The notes: a model not told the origin generated them from the letters alone. Counted from the first letter of the stretch, positions 28,700-42,857 are shown. The stretch: DNA of 64,000 bases from Actinomycetota bacterium (GCA_016201065.1 JACQDL010000027.1:68641-132640); one strand, 5' to 3'. Translations and numbers: made by a program.

Positions 28700-31246
28700 T
28701 CAGGCGAGCGTCACCACACCCAGCTCCGCCGGGGTGGCCAGCAGGCCGTGCCGGGGCAGCACCCGGACCGTGTAGCCGAACGCCCCGGTGACCGCCAACG
28801 GCACGGCACCCTCGAACCGGTGGTGCTCACCGGTGCCGACCGGTTGCATCGACACGGTCCGGATCTCGCGCAGGTGGTCGGACTCGTCCACCCGCCCGTA
28901 GACCGCCTGCACGTCCACGTCCGCCGGGGACAGCTCGCCGAGCTCGACCTCGGCCCGCAGCAGCAGGTTGTCCCCGAGCTCGGGCGTGTCGGAGGCCCCG
29001 GCCGACTCCACGTGCAGCACCCGCACCGCGGGCCAGCTCGCCAGCGTCATGGACCGCCACGCCGCCAGCTCCTTGGCGCCGGCGTACCCGTCCGCGGCCA
29101 GCTGGGCGGATGCCGCGGCGGCCGGCGCGTACAGCTCGTGCACGTAGTCGCGGACCATCCGGGAGGCGAGCACCTTCGGGCCGAGGGTCCGCAGGGTGTG
29201 CCGCACCATCTCGACCCAGCGAGCCGGCACGTCGTCCCGGTCCCGGTCGTAGAAGCGCGGCTTGACCTGGGTGTCCACCAGCTCGTAGAACGCCGTCGCC
29301 TCCAGGTCGTCCCGCCGCTCGGCGTCGGCGACACCGTCCGCGGTCGGGATCGCCCAGCCGTTCGCGCCGTCGTACATCTCGTCCCACCATCCGTCCCGGA
29401 TGGACAGGTTCAGCCCGCCGTTCAGGGCGGCCTTCATGCCCGACGTCCCGCACGCCTCCAGCGGCCGCAGCGGGTTGTTCAACCAGACGTCACAGCCGAC
29501 ATACAGGTACCTGGCCATGCCGATGTCGTAGTCCGGCAGGAAGGCGATCCGGTGCCGCACCTGCGGGTCATCGCAGAACCGCACCATCTGCTGGATGAGC
29601 GCCTTTCCGCCGTCATCGGCCGGGTGGGACTTTCCGGCGATGACGATCTGCATCGGCCGCTCGCTGTCGAGCAACATGGCCCGCAGCCGCTCCGGGTCAC
29701 GCAGCATCAGGGTCAACCGCTTGTACGACGGCACCCGCCGGGCGAACCCGATGGTGAGCACGTCCGGGTCGAACACCGACCCGGTCCACCCCAGCTCGGC
29801 CTCGCTCATCCCGCGCTGCAGGCACGAGTCGTGGACCCGACGCCGGATCTCCTCCACCAGCCGCTCGCGCAGGGTCCGCCGGATCGACCAGATCTCACCG
29901 GCCTTGACCCGCTCCACCGCACCCCAGCCACCGTTGTTGGCGGCCGTCTCGGAGCCGCCCTCACGCTCGGCCAGCTCCAGGATCTCCCGGGCCACCCAGG
30001 TCGGCGCGTGCACGCCGTTGGTGATGGAGCTGATCGGCACCTCCTCGGTGTCGAAGCCGGGCCACAACGCGCCGAACATCTCCCGGCTCACCACGCCGTG
30101 CAGGCCGCTGACACCGTTGGCACGCTGCCCGAGCCGGAGCCCCATGTGCGCCATGTTGAACACCGCGGCGTCCGCCTCGGCGCCCAGCTCCAGGATCCGC
30201 TCCATCGGCGTGCCCGGCGACTCGTTCGAGCCGCCGAAGTAGGTGGCGACCTGGTCGTGCCCGAACCGGTCGATGCCGGCGGGCACCGGCGTGTGGGTGG
30301 TGAACACCGTCCCCGCGCGAACCGCCTGCAGCGCGGCGTCGAAGTCCATCCCGTGGTTCTCGGCGAGCTCCCGGATCCGCTCCACGCCGAGGAACCCGGC
30401 ATGCCCCTCGTTGGTGTGGAACACCTCGGGCTGGGGTGCGCCCGTCAGGTCGCAGTACGCGCGGATCGCCCGCACGCCGCCGATGCCGAGCATCATCTCC
30501 TGCTGCAGCCGGTGCTCGCCGCCGCCGCCGTAGAGCCGGTCGGTGACCTGCCGCTCGGGCTGCTCGTTCTCCTCCACGTCGGTGTCGAGCAGCAGCAGCG
30601 GCACCCGACCGACCTGCGCCTTCCAGACCTGCGCCCGCATCAGCCGCCCCTCCGGCAGCCCGACGCTGATCCGCACCGGGGAACCGTCGGGGTGGCGCAG
30701 CAGGGCCAGCGGCATGCCGTGCGGGTCCAGGGAGGGGTAGCGCTCAAGCTGCCACCCGTCCGGCGACAGCGACTGGCTGAAGTAGCCGGCGCGGTAGAGC
30801 AGACCCACCCCGATGATCGGGACACCCAGGTCCGAGGCGGCCTTGAGATGGTCACCGGCGAGGATCCCGAGCCCGCCGGAGTACTGCGGGAGTGCCTCGG
30901 TGATGCCGAACTCGGGCGAGAAGTACGCGACCTGGGCCGGCAGGTTCGGCTGCCGCTGGTACCAGCGCGGCCCGGTCAGGTACTCGTTGAGGTCGTCGGC
31001 GGCGTTCTCAAGCCGCCGGATGAAGCGCCGGTCCCGGGCGAGCGTGGCCAGCCGGTCGGCGGAGACCGCGCCGAGCAGCTTGACCGGGTCGCCCTTGCAG
31101 CTTCGCCATAACGCGGGGTCGACGGATTCGAGCAGGTCCAGTGTCTCCGGGTGCCACGACCAGCGCAGGTTCATCACGAGCTCGCCCAGCTCGGCGAGCT
31201 CCGATGGCAACGTGGCCCGGACGGTGAATCGACGTAGCGCTCTCAC
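28700..31246 (-). CDS. glgP: Alpha-glucan phosphorylase
   Basis: (V)RALRRFTVRATLPSELAELGELVMNLRWSWHPET... matches the actinobacterial GlgP N-terminus, so GTG 31246 is preferred over ATG 31279. EACGTSGMKAALNG pyridoxal-phosphate Lys region. Confidence 0.88.
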   Translation of the reverse strand: MRALRRFTVRATLPSELAELGELVMNLRWSWHPETLDLLESVDPALWRSCKGDPVKLLGAVSADRLATLARDRRFIRRLENAADDLNEYLTGPRWYQRQPNLPAQVAYFSPEFGITEALPQYSGGLGILAGDHLKAASDLGVPIIGVGLLYRAGYFSQSLSPDGWQLERYPSLDPHGMPLALLRHPDGSPVRISVGLPEGRLMRAQVWKAQVGRVPLLLLDTDVEENEQPERQVTDRLYGGGGEHRLQQEMMLGIGGVRAIRAYCDLTGAPQPEVFHTNEGHAGFLGVERIRELAENHGMDFDAALQAVRAGTVFTTHTPVPAGIDRFGHDQVATYFGGSNESPGTPMERILELGAEADAAVFNMAHMGLRLGQRANGVSGLHGVVSREMFGALWPGFDTEEVPISSITNGVHAPTWVAREILELAEREGGSETAANNGGWGAVERVKAGEIWSIRRTLRERLVEEIRRRVHDSCLQRGMSEAELGWTGSVFDPDVLTIGFARRVPSYKRLTLMLRDPERLRAMLLDSERPMQIVIAGKSHPADDGGKALIQQMVRFCDDPQVRHRIAFLPDYDIGMARYLYVGCDVWLNNPLRPLEACGTSGMKAALNGGLNLSIRDGWWDEMYDGANGWAIPTADGVADAERRDDLEATAFYELVDTQVKPRFYDRDRDDVPARWVEMVRHTLRTLGPKVLASRMVRDYVHELYAPAAAASAQLAADGYAGAKELAAWRSMTLASWPAVRVLHVESAGASDTPELGDNLLLRAEVELGELSPADVDVQAVYGRVDESDHLREIRTVSMQPVGTGEHHRFEGAVPLAVTGAFGYTVRVLPRHGLLATPAELGVVTLA

Positions 31247-31418
31247 GGGGGGTGACCATACCGGTGCCGAGGGCTTCATCGGCAGTAGCCAATCGCGGAG
31301 CAAAACCGTAGTTTCGCCGCGAACCCGCGCGGAACGCGGCGACGGACTACCCACCCCAGCGAACGTCGGCGCGTCGCGACTGTGCGCCGGACGCCACTCG
31401 CCGGTAGCGTCGGCGCCG

Positions 31419-33386
31419 ATGACCGGACGGCTCGGATTGATCGATGTTTCCCCCGCTGTATCGGGTGGTCGCTACCCCGCGCGGGCGGTTGTGGGCGAAC
31501 GCCTTCCTGTCGCGGCGACCGTGTTCCGGGAGGGGCACGAGGCCGTGGCGGCGAGCGTGACGTGGCGTGCCCCGGACGGCGGCAGGATGCCGACCGTCCG
31601 GATGGTGCCGGGCGTGCCGGGCACCGACCGATGGCATGCCACCATCACGCCGACCAGCCAGGGCATGTGGACCTACGTGATCGAGGCGTGGGGTGACCCG
31701 CTGACCACCTGGTGGCACGCGATCGAGGTGAAGCTGGCCGCCGGGCAGGACGTCGACGAGCTCGGCAACGACCTCGCGGCCGGCGTGTTGCTGCTGGAGC
31801 GCGCGGTCCGGGCCGTGCCGAAGGAACGGCAGGCGGAGGTCCGGGCGGCCGCCGAGGCCCTGCAGTCGGAGTCGCTGTCGCTCGCGGAGCGGGTGGCGCC
31901 GGCGCTCGCCGACCCGACGCGCGAGCTGCTGTACGCCCACCCGGTCCGCGAGTGGGTGACCCGATCACGCCGGTACGAGCTGTGGGTGGACCGGCCGCGC
32001 GCGCTGCACGGCGCCTGGTACGAGCTGTTCCCGCGCTCCACCGGGGGCTGGGACCAGGCCGGCCGGCCGGTGCACGGCACCTTCGCGACGACCGCCAAGG
32101 AACTGCCCCGGATCGCCGCGATGGGCTTCGAGGTGGTGTACCTGCCGCCGATCCACCCGATCGGCGCGGTCCACCGGAAGGGGCCGAACAACGCCCTGGT
32201 GGCTCAGCCCGACGATGTCGGCTCGCCGTGGGCGATCGGATCCGCGGAGGGTGGGCACGACGCGATCCACCCGGAGCTGGGGACGCTCGCCGACTTCGAC
32301 GACTTCGTCGCGCACGCCCGCCGGCTGGGGCTGGAGGTCGCCCTCGACCTGGCGCTGCAGTGCGCGCCCGACCACCCGTGGGTGCGGCAGCACCCGGAGT
32401 GGTTCGCCGCCAAGCCGGACGGCTCGATCGCCTACGCCGAGAACCCGCCGAAGAAGTACCAGGACATCTACCCGCTGAACTTCGACACCGACCCGCAGGG
32501 GCTCTACGCCGAGGTCTACCGGGTGGTGAAGCACTGGATCGACCACGGTGTGCGGATCTTCCGGGTGGACAACCCGCACACCAAGCCGCTGAACTTCTGG
32601 CACTGGCTGATCTGGCGGATCAAGCAGTCCGACCCGGACGTGCTGTTCCTCGCCGAGGCGTTCACCCAACCGGCCATGATGCACACCCTGGCCCGGGTCG
32701 GGTTCACCCAGTCCTACACATACTTCACCTGGCGCACCACGAAGTGGGAGCTGGAGGAGTACTGCCGGGAGCTCGTCGCCGCGGCGGACTACATGCGCCC
32801 CAACTTCTTCACCAACACCCCCGACATCCTGCACGAAAGCCTGCAGCACGGTGGGGCCCCGATGTTCAGGATCAGGGCGGTGCTGGCCAGCCTCCTCTCG
32901 CCGAGCTACGGCGTCTACTCCGGCTACGAGCTGTTCGAGAACGTCGCCCGGGAGCCCGGCAGCGAGGAGTACCTGAACTCCGAGAAGTTCCAGCTCCGGC
33001 CGCGCGACTACGCTGCCGCCGAGGCCGCCGGCACCAGCATGGCGCCCTACCTGACCCGACTGAACGGGGCCCGCCGCCGCCACCCGGCGTTGCGCCAGCT
33101 CCGCAACCTCCGCTTCCATCAGGTCGACGACGACGCGCTGATCTGCTGGTCCAAACACGACGACGCCACCGGCGACACCGTGCTCGTCGTGCTGACCCTG
33201 GACCCACACCATCCACGGGAGTCCATGACCCGCATCGACCTGCCGCTGCTCGGCGCCGACTGGCACCAGCGGCTCGAGCTGCAGGACGAGATGACCGGCG
33301 CGCACTACGACTGGGGGCAGCGAAACTACGTGCGGCTCGACCCGCACGTCGAGCCCGCCCACGTGTTCTCGGTGCGCCCACGGTAG
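31419..33386 (+). CDS. glgE: Alpha-1,4-glucan:maltose-1-phosphate maltosyltransferase
   Basis: ATG at 31419 (MTGRLGLIDVSPAVSGGRYPARAVVGE...). WYELFPRS, IFRVDNPHTKP and FLAEAFT are GlgE hallmarks. Confidence 0.92.
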   Translation: MTGRLGLIDVSPAVSGGRYPARAVVGERLPVAATVFREGHEAVAASVTWRAPDGGRMPTVRMVPGVPGTDRWHATITPTSQGMWTYVIEAWGDPLTTWWHAIEVKLAAGQDVDELGNDLAAGVLLLERAVRAVPKERQAEVRAAAEALQSESLSLAERVAPALADPTRELLYAHPVREWVTRSRRYELWVDRPRALHGAWYELFPRSTGGWDQAGRPVHGTFATTAKELPRIAAMGFEVVYLPPIHPIGAVHRKGPNNALVAQPDDVGSPWAIGSAEGGHDAIHPELGTLADFDDFVAHARRLGLEVALDLALQCAPDHPWVRQHPEWFAAKPDGSIAYAENPPKKYQDIYPLNFDTDPQGLYAEVYRVVKHWIDHGVRIFRVDNPHTKPLNFWHWLIWRIKQSDPDVLFLAEAFTQPAMMHTLARVGFTQSYTYFTWRTTKWELEEYCRELVAAADYMRPNFFTNTPDILHESLQHGGAPMFRIRAVLASLLSPSYGVYSGYELFENVAREPGSEEYLNSEKFQLRPRDYAAAEAAGTSMAPYLTRLNGARRRHPALRQLRNLRFHQVDDDALICWSKHDDATGDTVLVVLTLDPHHPRESMTRIDLPLLGADWHQRLELQDEMTGAHYDWGQRNYVRLDPHVEPAHVFSVRPR

Positions 33387-33437
33387 TGATCGCAGGGCCA
33401 GCGATGGCTGCTGCCGACAATTCGAAAAGGGGGCGCC

Positions 33438-35144
33438 GTGACCATCGGACCCAACACCGGGGGTCTGGTCGACGACCCGGAGTGGTACAAGACCGCGGTT
33501 TTCTACGAGGTGCTGGTCCGGGGCTTCGCTGACAGCAACGGCGACGGAAACGGCGACCTGGTCGGGCTGACCAGGAAGCTGGACTACCTGCACTGGCTGG
33601 GTGTCGACTGCCTGTGGATCCCGCCGTTCTTCAGCTCGCCGCTGCGCGACGGCGGCTACGACGTCGCGGACTACTGCAGTGTGCTGACCGACTTCGGCAC
33701 GATCGACGACTTCCACCGCTTCCTCGCCGAGGCGCACGCCCGGGGCCTACGAGTGATCATCGACTTCGTCATGAACCACACCTCCGACCAGCACGCGTGG
33801 TTCCAGGCCTCCCGGTCCGACCCGGACGGCCCGTACGGGGACTACTACGTCTGGTCGGACACCGACCAGGCCTACCCCGACGCGCGGGTCATCTTCGTCG
33901 ACACCGAGGCCTCGAACTGGACCTACGACCCGGTGCGCAGGCAGTACTTCTGGCACCGGTTCTTCGCCCACCAGCCGGACCTGAACTTCGAGAACCCCAA
34001 GGTCCAGGAGGAGATCCTCAACGCGCTGCGGTTCTGGCTGGACCTCGGGATCGACGGCTTCCGGCTGGACGCGGTGCCGTACCTCTTCGAGGAGGAGGGC
34101 ACCAACTGCGAGAACCTCCCGCGTACGCACGACTTCCTCAAACGGCTCCGGTCCATGGTGGACGGCGAGTACCCCAACCGGGTGCTGCTGTCCGAGGCCA
34201 ACCAGTGGCCGGCGGACGTGGTGGAGTACTTCGGTGACCCGAAAAAGGGTGACGAATGCCACATGGCATTCCACTTCCCGGTGATGCCGCGACTGTTCAT
34301 GGCGGTACGCCGGCAGTCCCGGCTGCCGATCTCGGAGATCATGGCGCAGACCCCGGACATCCCGCCGAACTGCCAGTGGGGCATCTTCCTGCGCAACCAC
34401 GACGAGCTGACCCTGGAGATGGTCACCGACGAGGAGCGGGACTACATGTGGGCGGAGTACGCCAAGGACCCGCGGATGCGGGCCAACATCGGCATCCGCC
34501 GCCGCCTCGCCCCGCTGCTCGACAACGACCGCAACCAGCTGGAGCTGTTCACCGCGCTGCTGCTCAGCCTGCCCGGCTCCCCGGTCCTGTACTACGGTGA
34601 TGAGATCGGGATGGGGGACAACATCTGGCTGGGCGACCGGGACGGCGTGCGCACGCCGATGCAGTGGACCCCGGACCGCAACGGCGGCTTCTCCACCTGC
34701 GACCCGCAGCAGCTGAACCTGCCGGTCATCGCCGACCCGATCTACGGCTACCAGGTCACCAACGTCGAGGCTCAGCTGCGCAGCACCAGCTCGCTGCTGC
34801 ACTGGACCCGCCGGATGATCGAGGTCCGCAAGCAGCACCCGACCTTCGGCTTCGGCAGCTACGCCGAGATCGGGTCGCGCAACCCGACCGTGCTGTCGTT
34901 CGTCCGCGAGTACGCCCCCGAGGGTGCCGCTCCGGGGCGCCGTGACGTTGTCCTGTGTGTGAACAACTTCTCCCGGTTCCCGCAGCCGGTCGAGCTGGAC
35001 CTGCGCCGGTTCGAGGACTGGACCCCGGTCGAGCTCACCGGGCGGGTCCAGTTTCCCCGGATCGGGGTGCTGCCCTATCTGCTGACGGTCGCCGGTCACG
35101 GCTTCTACTGGTTCCAGCTGATCCCACCGGACGGCACCGCATGA
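33438..35144 (+). CDS. treS: Trehalose synthase (maltose alpha-D-glucosyltransferase)
   Basis: [31 protein letters not shown]..., [31 protein letters not shown]. Confidence 0.92.
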   Translation: MTIGPNTGGLVDDPEWYKTAVFYEVLVRGFADSNGDGNGDLVGLTRKLDYLHWLGVDCLWIPPFFSSPLRDGGYDVADYCSVLTDFGTIDDFHRFLAEAHARGLRVIIDFVMNHTSDQHAWFQASRSDPDGPYGDYYVWSDTDQAYPDARVIFVDTEASNWTYDPVRRQYFWHRFFAHQPDLNFENPKVQEEILNALRFWLDLGIDGFRLDAVPYLFEEEGTNCENLPRTHDFLKRLRSMVDGEYPNRVLLSEANQWPADVVEYFGDPKKGDECHMAFHFPVMPRLFMAVRRQSRLPISEIMAQTPDIPPNCQWGIFLRNHDELTLEMVTDEERDYMWAEYAKDPRMRANIGIRRRLAPLLDNDRNQLELFTALLLSLPGSPVLYYGDEIGMGDNIWLGDRDGVRTPMQWTPDRNGGFSTCDPQQLNLPVIADPIYGYQVTNVEAQLRSTSSLLHWTRRMIEVRKQHPTFGFGSYAEIGSRNPTVLSFVREYAPEGAAPGRRDVVLCVNNFSRFPQPVELDLRRFEDWTPVELTGRVQFPRIGVLPYLLTVAGHGFYWFQLIPPDGTA

Positions 35145-36502
35145 TCACTCTTGACCGGCTGCTCGTCGACTGGCTGCCCCAGCAGCGCTGGTTCGCCAGC
35201 AAGGGCCGACGGATCAGGACGGTCGTCGCGGCCCGGGCCGCGACGCTGCGGGCCGCGAACCCCCGTCTCGACGTGCTGCTGGTGACGGTCGGCTTCGCCG
35301 ACGGGCTGCGGGAGACCTACGTCGTACCGCTGTCGGTCCACCCGACCCCGCAGGACCACCTGCAGCACGCGCTGCTCGGTGACCTGGAGGTCGACGACCA
35401 CGTCTGGTGGGTCTACGACGGGCTGGCCGACCGCGAGGCCACCACCGTGTGGACGGAGCTGATCGCGGAGTCCAGGAAGATCGACACGCTGTCGTTCCAC
35501 CACGAGCCGGGCGTGCGGGTGCCGCGCGGGCTGCCCGGGGACGTGCTGGTCGTCGAGCAGTCCAACAGCTCGCTGGTGTTCGGCGAGCACGCGATCCTCA
35601 AGGTGTTCCGCAAGGTCGAGATCGGCCCGAACCCGGACGTGGAGATCCACCGGGCGTTGCGGCCGGCGGGAAACCCGCACATCGCACCGCTGCTGGGGCA
35701 CGTCGAGGCGACCGGACCGATCACGGTGGCGATGCTGCAGACCTTCCTGCCGGTGGCCAGCGACGGCTGGTCGCTGGCCACCGCGAGCGTCCGCGACCTC
35801 TACACCGAACGGGACCTGCGGGCCGACGAGGTCGGCGGGGACTTCGCCGGTGAGGCGCACCGGCTGGGCGCGGCCACGGCGTCGGTGCACGCCGACCTCG
35901 CCCGGCTGCTGCCGAACGACAAGGCCGAGGCCGGCTGGCTCGCCGAGGTCGCCGACGGGATGGCCGAGCGGCTGCAGCGGACGCTCCAAGTCGTGCCGGA
36001 GCTGGCCGAGCACGTCACCGGGCTGACCGCCGCCTACGACGCGATCCGGGAGCTGCCGACCAGCCTGGCGCTGCAGCGGATCCATGGTGACCTGCACCTC
36101 GGTCAGGTGCTGCGCACCGCCCAGCAGTGGGTGCTGCTGGACTTCGAGGGAGAGCCGGCCCGCCCGCTGGCGCTGCGCCGCCAGCTCGACACCCCGCTCC
36201 GGGACGTGGCCGCGATGCTCCGGTCCTTCGACTACGCGGCGCAGCATCTGCTGCTCGACGAGCCGGCGGACCCCCAGCTGGCGTACCGCGGGACCGAGTG
36301 GGCCGACCGCAACCGCGACGCGTTCTGCGACGGCTACGCCGAGGCCAGCGGCGCCGACCCGAGGGAGCACGCCGTGCTGCTGCGTGCCTTCGAGACCGAC
36401 AAGGCCGTCTACGAGGCGCTGTACGAGGCCCGCCACCGGCCGCACTGGCTGCCGATCCCGCTCGCCTCGCTGGACCGGCTGACCGGCGGCGAGGCGGGCT
36501 GA
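35141..36502 (+). CDS. pep2: Maltokinase
   Basis: ATGA overlap with the treS stop. [23 protein letters not shown]... and the kinase motif [13 protein letters not shown]. Confidence 0.85.
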   Translation: MITLDRLLVDWLPQQRWFASKGRRIRTVVAARAATLRAANPRLDVLLVTVGFADGLRETYVVPLSVHPTPQDHLQHALLGDLEVDDHVWWVYDGLADREATTVWTELIAESRKIDTLSFHHEPGVRVPRGLPGDVLVVEQSNSSLVFGEHAILKVFRKVEIGPNPDVEIHRALRPAGNPHIAPLLGHVEATGPITVAMLQTFLPVASDGWSLATASVRDLYTERDLRADEVGGDFAGEAHRLGAATASVHADLARLLPNDKAEAGWLAEVADGMAERLQRTLQVVPELAEHVTGLTAAYDAIRELPTSLALQRIHGDLHLGQVLRTAQQWVLLDFEGEPARPLALRRQLDTPLRDVAAMLRSFDYAAQHLLLDEPADPQLAYRGTEWADRNRDAFCDGYAEASGADPREHAVLLRAFETDKAVYEALYEARHRPHWLPIPLASLDRLTGGEAG

Positions 36503-36530
36503 GTCACGGCGCAGAGAATGGAGACACCCG

Positions 36531-38711
<2,181 letters not shown>

Positions 38712-38778
38712 GCGGCGGGGCGGCGGAGCGGCAAGGCGGCAAACGGACCGGGTGGCGGCGGACGGTGAGCGAGGGGTC

Positions 38779-40188
38779 ATGACACGGACCAGACTGCGGT
38801 GGGCGGCGTACCTCCTCGTGGTCGGGGCGGCGGCGAGCGGTTGCACGCAGACCGTCCCGGGCACCGGCGAGTACTTCACGAGCTCCATCGCGGTGGCCGA
38901 CGCCCGCACGGAGATCAAGGGTCTGCCGGGCGGCAAGCCCACCGCGGTCGACACGATCGCCGGGAACGCCGTCGCGGACATCCAGCAGTTCTGGACCGAC
39001 GAGTTCCCGAAGGTCTTCAACGGCAGGTCCTACCGGTCACCGCAGGGCGGCTTCTACTCCGTCGACCCGGACCACGCCGCCGACGTGCCGTGCGTGAGCA
39101 GTCCCGACGACATCCGGGGCAACGCGTTCTACTGCCCGTCGCGCGACATCGTGGCCTGGGACCGGACCAACCTGCTGCCGAGCCTGAGGTCGCAGTTCGG
39201 CCCCTTCCTCGTCGCCATGGTGCTGGCCCACGAGTGGGGCCATGTGGTCCAGAACAAGAGCCACGCCGACCCCAAACGCACGATCGTGGACGAGACCCAG
39301 GCGGACTGCTACGCCGGGAGCTGGACCCGCTGGGCGCTGGAGGGTCAGGCGCCGCATTTCCCGATCCAGCGCACCGAGCTCGACGAGGCGCTCTCCGGCT
39401 ACCTGCTCTTCCGCGACCCGGTCGGCTCCTCGGCCAGGGATCAGGACGCGCACGGCAACGGCTTCGACCGGATCAGCGCCTTCCAGGAGGGATTCGAGCA
39501 GGGCCCGAAGCACTGCACGACGTTCGACAACAACCGGCAGTTCACCGAGACCGGCTTCACCAGCACCGAGGACCAGCAGCGCAACGGCAACCTGCCGCTG
39601 GACGACCAGACCGGGTCGAGTGGAGCGGCCCAGCCGGGCGCGATCACGCTCGGAAAGCAGGATCTCAACGAGACGTGGCCCACGCTCTACCGCAAGGTCT
39701 ACGGCAGCTCCTTCCGGGTGCCGGCGGTGACCGAGCACCGCGCCGGCCAGGCCACGACGTGCGCCGGAAGCCCGGTCGACAAGGCCGTTCTCTACTGCGC
39801 CCAGAGCAACACCGTCTACTTCGACCGGTCCGCGCTGCGGACCGTCACGGAGAAGGTCAGGGGCAGCGACTACGCCCCGATGACGTTGATCGGGATCGGC
39901 TACGCGGAGTCCGCGGCGGCCCAGGCCGGCCGGAGCATCGACGGCGCCGACGGTCTGCGCCGCGCGATCTGCCTGGACGGCGCCTACACCCGGGTGGTCA
40001 CGGACCGGTCCACCGCGCCGTCCGGCACCGGCGGGCTCATCCTGTCCCCCGGGGACCTCGACGAGGCGGTCGAGGCGCTGCTGTCCTTCGCTGGCCAGGA
40101 CGCCTACTTCGGTGCCCGCTCGATGGCCGGCTTCGACCGGGTGCAGGCATTCCGACAGGGCTTCACCGACTCGCGCAGCTGCGCCTGA
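38779..40188 (+). CDS. Lipoprotein, putative neutral zinc metallopeptidase
   Basis: ATG at 38779. Lipobox LLVVGAAASGC. HEWGH zinc motif (MVLAHEWGHVVQ). Confidence 0.7.
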   Translation: MTRTRLRWAAYLLVVGAAASGCTQTVPGTGEYFTSSIAVADARTEIKGLPGGKPTAVDTIAGNAVADIQQFWTDEFPKVFNGRSYRSPQGGFYSVDPDHAADVPCVSSPDDIRGNAFYCPSRDIVAWDRTNLLPSLRSQFGPFLVAMVLAHEWGHVVQNKSHADPKRTIVDETQADCYAGSWTRWALEGQAPHFPIQRTELDEALSGYLLFRDPVGSSARDQDAHGNGFDRISAFQEGFEQGPKHCTTFDNNRQFTETGFTSTEDQQRNGNLPLDDQTGSSGAAQPGAITLGKQDLNETWPTLYRKVYGSSFRVPAVTEHRAGQATTCAGSPVDKAVLYCAQSNTVYFDRSALRTVTEKVRGSDYAPMTLIGIGYAESAAAQAGRSIDGADGLRRAICLDGAYTRVVTDRSTAPSGTGGLILSPGDLDEAVEALLSFAGQDAYFGARSMAGFDRVQAFRQGFTDSRSCA

Positions 40189-40218
40189 CCGCCAGCCGGG
40201 GTCACCCCGCCGTGCGGC

Positions 40219-41106
40219 TCAGAACAGGACGCTGGCGAGGTTGCGGCGGGCCTTGACCACCTGCGGATCGTCGTCACCGACCGTCGCGAACAGCTCGACC
40301 AGCCGGGTCCGGGCCCGGTCCCGCTCCTCGCCGGTGTGCTGGCGCACGGCCTCGATCAGCCGCCGGAACCCGGCCTCCACCGACCCGCTCGCGACCTCGA
40401 CGTCTGCGGCGGCGAGCTGCGCCGCGAGGTCGTCGGGGTGGGCGTCGGCGACCGCGACCACGTCGGCGGGCGCCGCGCTGATCCGGCGCAGCAGCTCGAC
40501 CTGCCGCAGCGCGGCCGCGGCCTGCTCGTGCGCCGGTTCCGCGGCGAGTATCTGCTGGTAGCAGCGAGCGGCCTCGGCCAGGTCACCGGCCGCCAGCGCC
40601 TCCTCCGCCGCATCCAGCCGCGAGTCGGCCGGCGCAGCGGGCGCCTCGCCGTCGGGGCGTTCGGCTCGGGTGGCCTCGACCAGCGCGGTGATCCACTGCC
40701 GCACCTGCGGCTCCGGCACCGCGCCGGTGAACTCGGCCACGAGCTGGCCGTCGAAGACCGCCTTGACGGCCGGGATGCCCTGGACCTGAAGGGCCTGCGC
40801 GATCGCCGGGTTCGCATCGACGTCGATCTTGGCGAGGATCCAGGATCCCGCACCCTCACCGGCCAGCTTCTCCAACACCGGGCTGAGCTGCCGGCACGGT
40901 CCGCACCAGGCGGCCCACAGGTCGATCACGACCGGTACCCGCTTGGACTGCTCCAGCACCTCGGCCTGGAAGGTGGCCTCGGTGACGTCGACGACGTACC
41001 TGCCGGTGCCGTTGCTGGCGGCCGGTGCCGCTGCCCGCGCCTTCAACGAGGACAGGTCAACCGCGCGACCAAGTGCCGCGGACAGAGGTGGGTTGCCAGG
41101 TTGCAT
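40219..41106 (-). CDS. Thioredoxin-domain plus TPR co-chaperone (YbbN-like)
   Basis: ATG at 41106. LWAAWCGPCRQL active-site motif followed by a helical TPR-like C-terminus. Confidence 0.8.
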   Translation of the reverse strand: MQPGNPPLSAALGRAVDLSSLKARAAAPAASNGTGRYVVDVTEATFQAEVLEQSKRVPVVIDLWAAWCGPCRQLSPVLEKLAGEGAGSWILAKIDVDANPAIAQALQVQGIPAVKAVFDGQLVAEFTGAVPEPQVRQWITALVEATRAERPDGEAPAAPADSRLDAAEEALAAGDLAEAARCYQQILAAEPAHEQAAAALRQVELLRRISAAPADVVAVADAHPDDLAAQLAAADVEVASGSVEAGFRRLIEAVRQHTGEERDRARTRLVELFATVGDDDPQVVKARRNLASVLF

Positions 41107-41165
41107 GCCGCCGATTCTTTCACTGCGCGCCGGGGGCTCCCAACCGGGCTGGACCCGACGGACGT

Positions 41166-42857
41166 TCAGAACCGCGCGGGCTCGTGGTAGTCGCCCCACT
41201 CGGCCCGCAGCGCACCGCAGATCTCACCGAGCGTGGCCTCGGCCCGCGCCGCCGCCAGCATCGCCGGGATCATGTTGTCCCCGGTGCGGGCCACCTGCCC
41301 CAGCCGGTCGACGACGTCCCGCGCCGCCGCGGCGTCCCGGTCGGACCGGCGGGCGGCGAGCATCCGGCGCTGCTCCACCTCGACCTCGTGGCTGACCCGG
41401 AGGATGTCCAGGTCCGGGGTGACCGACCCGGTGTGACAGTTCACCCCGACGATCCTCTTCTCGCCCTTCTCCAGCGCCTGCTGGTAGGCGAACGCCGCGT
41501 CGGCGATCTCCGCCATGAACCAGCCGTCCTCGATACCACGCAGGATGCCGGAGGTCATCGGGCCGATCGGATGGGTGGCGCGCTCGTCACCGAGCGCCCG
41601 GATCCGGGCGAAGATCCGCTCCGCCTCCTCCTCCATCCGGTCGGTGAGCGCCTCGACGTACCACGAGCCGCCGAGCGGGTCGGCGACGTTGGTCACCCCG
41701 GTCTCCTCCATGATCACCTGCTGGGTCCGCAGCGCGATCTCGGCGGCCGTCTCGGTGGGGAGCGCGAGGGTCTCGTCCAGGGCGTTGGTGTGCAGCGAGT
41801 TGGTGCCGCCCAGCACCGCCGCGAGCGCCTCGACGGCGGTGCGCACCACGTTGTTGTACGGCTGCTGGGCGGTGAGCGACACCCCGGCGGTCTGGGTGTG
41901 GAAGCGCAGCCACTGCGCCCGTTCGCTGGTGGCGCCGTAGGTGTCGCGCATCCAGCGGGCCCAGATCCGGCGGGCGGCCCGGAACTTCGCGATCTCCTCG
42001 AAGAAGTCGACGTGGCTGTCGAAGAAGAACGACAGGCCCGGCGCGAAGGTGTTGATGTCCAGCCCGCGGGAGAGGCCGAGCTCGACGTAGCCGAACCCGT
42101 CGGCGAGGGTGAAGGCGAGCTCCTGGGCGGCCGTCGAACCCGCCTCACGGATGTGGTACCCGGAGACGCTGAGCGGCTTGTACCGCGGGATCTCCCGGGC
42201 GCAGTACTCGATCAGGTCGCCGATGAGGCGCAGGTGCGGCTCGGGCGCGAACAGCCACTCCTTCTGCGCGATGTACTCCTTGAAGATGTCGGTCTGCAGG
42301 GTGCCGTCCAGCGCGTGGATGTCGGCACCCTGCCGCTCGGCCGCCACGAGGTACATGCAGAAGATCGGGACGGCCGGCCCGGAGATCGTCATCGAGGTGG
42401 TGACCCGTTCCAGCGGGATGCCGGCGAACAGCGCCTCCATGTCGGCCGCCGAGTCGATGGCCACGCCGCAGTGGCCGACCTCACCGAGGCTCTTCGGGTC
42501 GTCGGAGTCCCGCCCCATCAGGGTGGGCATGTCGAAGGCGACCGACAGCCCGCCACCGCCGGCGGCGAGGATCATCTTGTACCGCTCGTTGGTCTGCTCC
42601 GCGTTGCCGAAGCCGGCGAACTGCCGGATCGTCCAGCTCCGGCCCCGGTACCCGGTCGGGTAGAGCCCCCGGGTGAACGGGTACTCACCGGGCCAGCCGA
42701 TCCGCTCGAACCCGGCGACGGAGTCACCCGCGCGCGGACCGTAGACCGGCTCCACCGGCATTCCGGAGACGGTGCTGAAGTCGGCGTCGCGCACGCTCGC
42801 GGCGTCGTACCGGCGCAGCCAGCGATCCCGGCCCTCGGCGATCTCGGATGGGTCCAC
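41166..42857 (-). CDS. icmA: Acyl-CoA mutase large (catalytic) subunit, isobutyryl-CoA mutase IcmA-like
   Basis: 563 aa. TIRQFAGFG (Phe where methylmalonyl-CoA mutase has Tyr) and KEYIAQKEW (Gln where MCM has Arg), the ICM-type signatures as I recall them. No B12-binding domain. Confidence 0.8.
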   Translation of the reverse strand: MDPSEIAEGRDRWLRRYDAASVRDADFSTVSGMPVEPVYGPRAGDSVAGFERIGWPGEYPFTRGLYPTGYRGRSWTIRQFAGFGNAEQTNERYKMILAAGGGGLSVAFDMPTLMGRDSDDPKSLGEVGHCGVAIDSAADMEALFAGIPLERVTTSMTISGPAVPIFCMYLVAAERQGADIHALDGTLQTDIFKEYIAQKEWLFAPEPHLRLIGDLIEYCAREIPRYKPLSVSGYHIREAGSTAAQELAFTLADGFGYVELGLSRGLDINTFAPGLSFFFDSHVDFFEEIAKFRAARRIWARWMRDTYGATSERAQWLRFHTQTAGVSLTAQQPYNNVVRTAVEALAAVLGGTNSLHTNALDETLALPTETAAEIALRTQQVIMEETGVTNVADPLGGSWYVEALTDRMEEEAERIFARIRALGDERATHPIGPMTSGILRGIEDGWFMAEIADAAFAYQQALEKGEKRIVGVNCHTGSVTPDLDILRVSHEVEVEQRRMLAARRSDRDAAAARDVVDRLGQVARTGDNMIPAMLAAARAEATLGEICGALRAEWGDYHEPARF

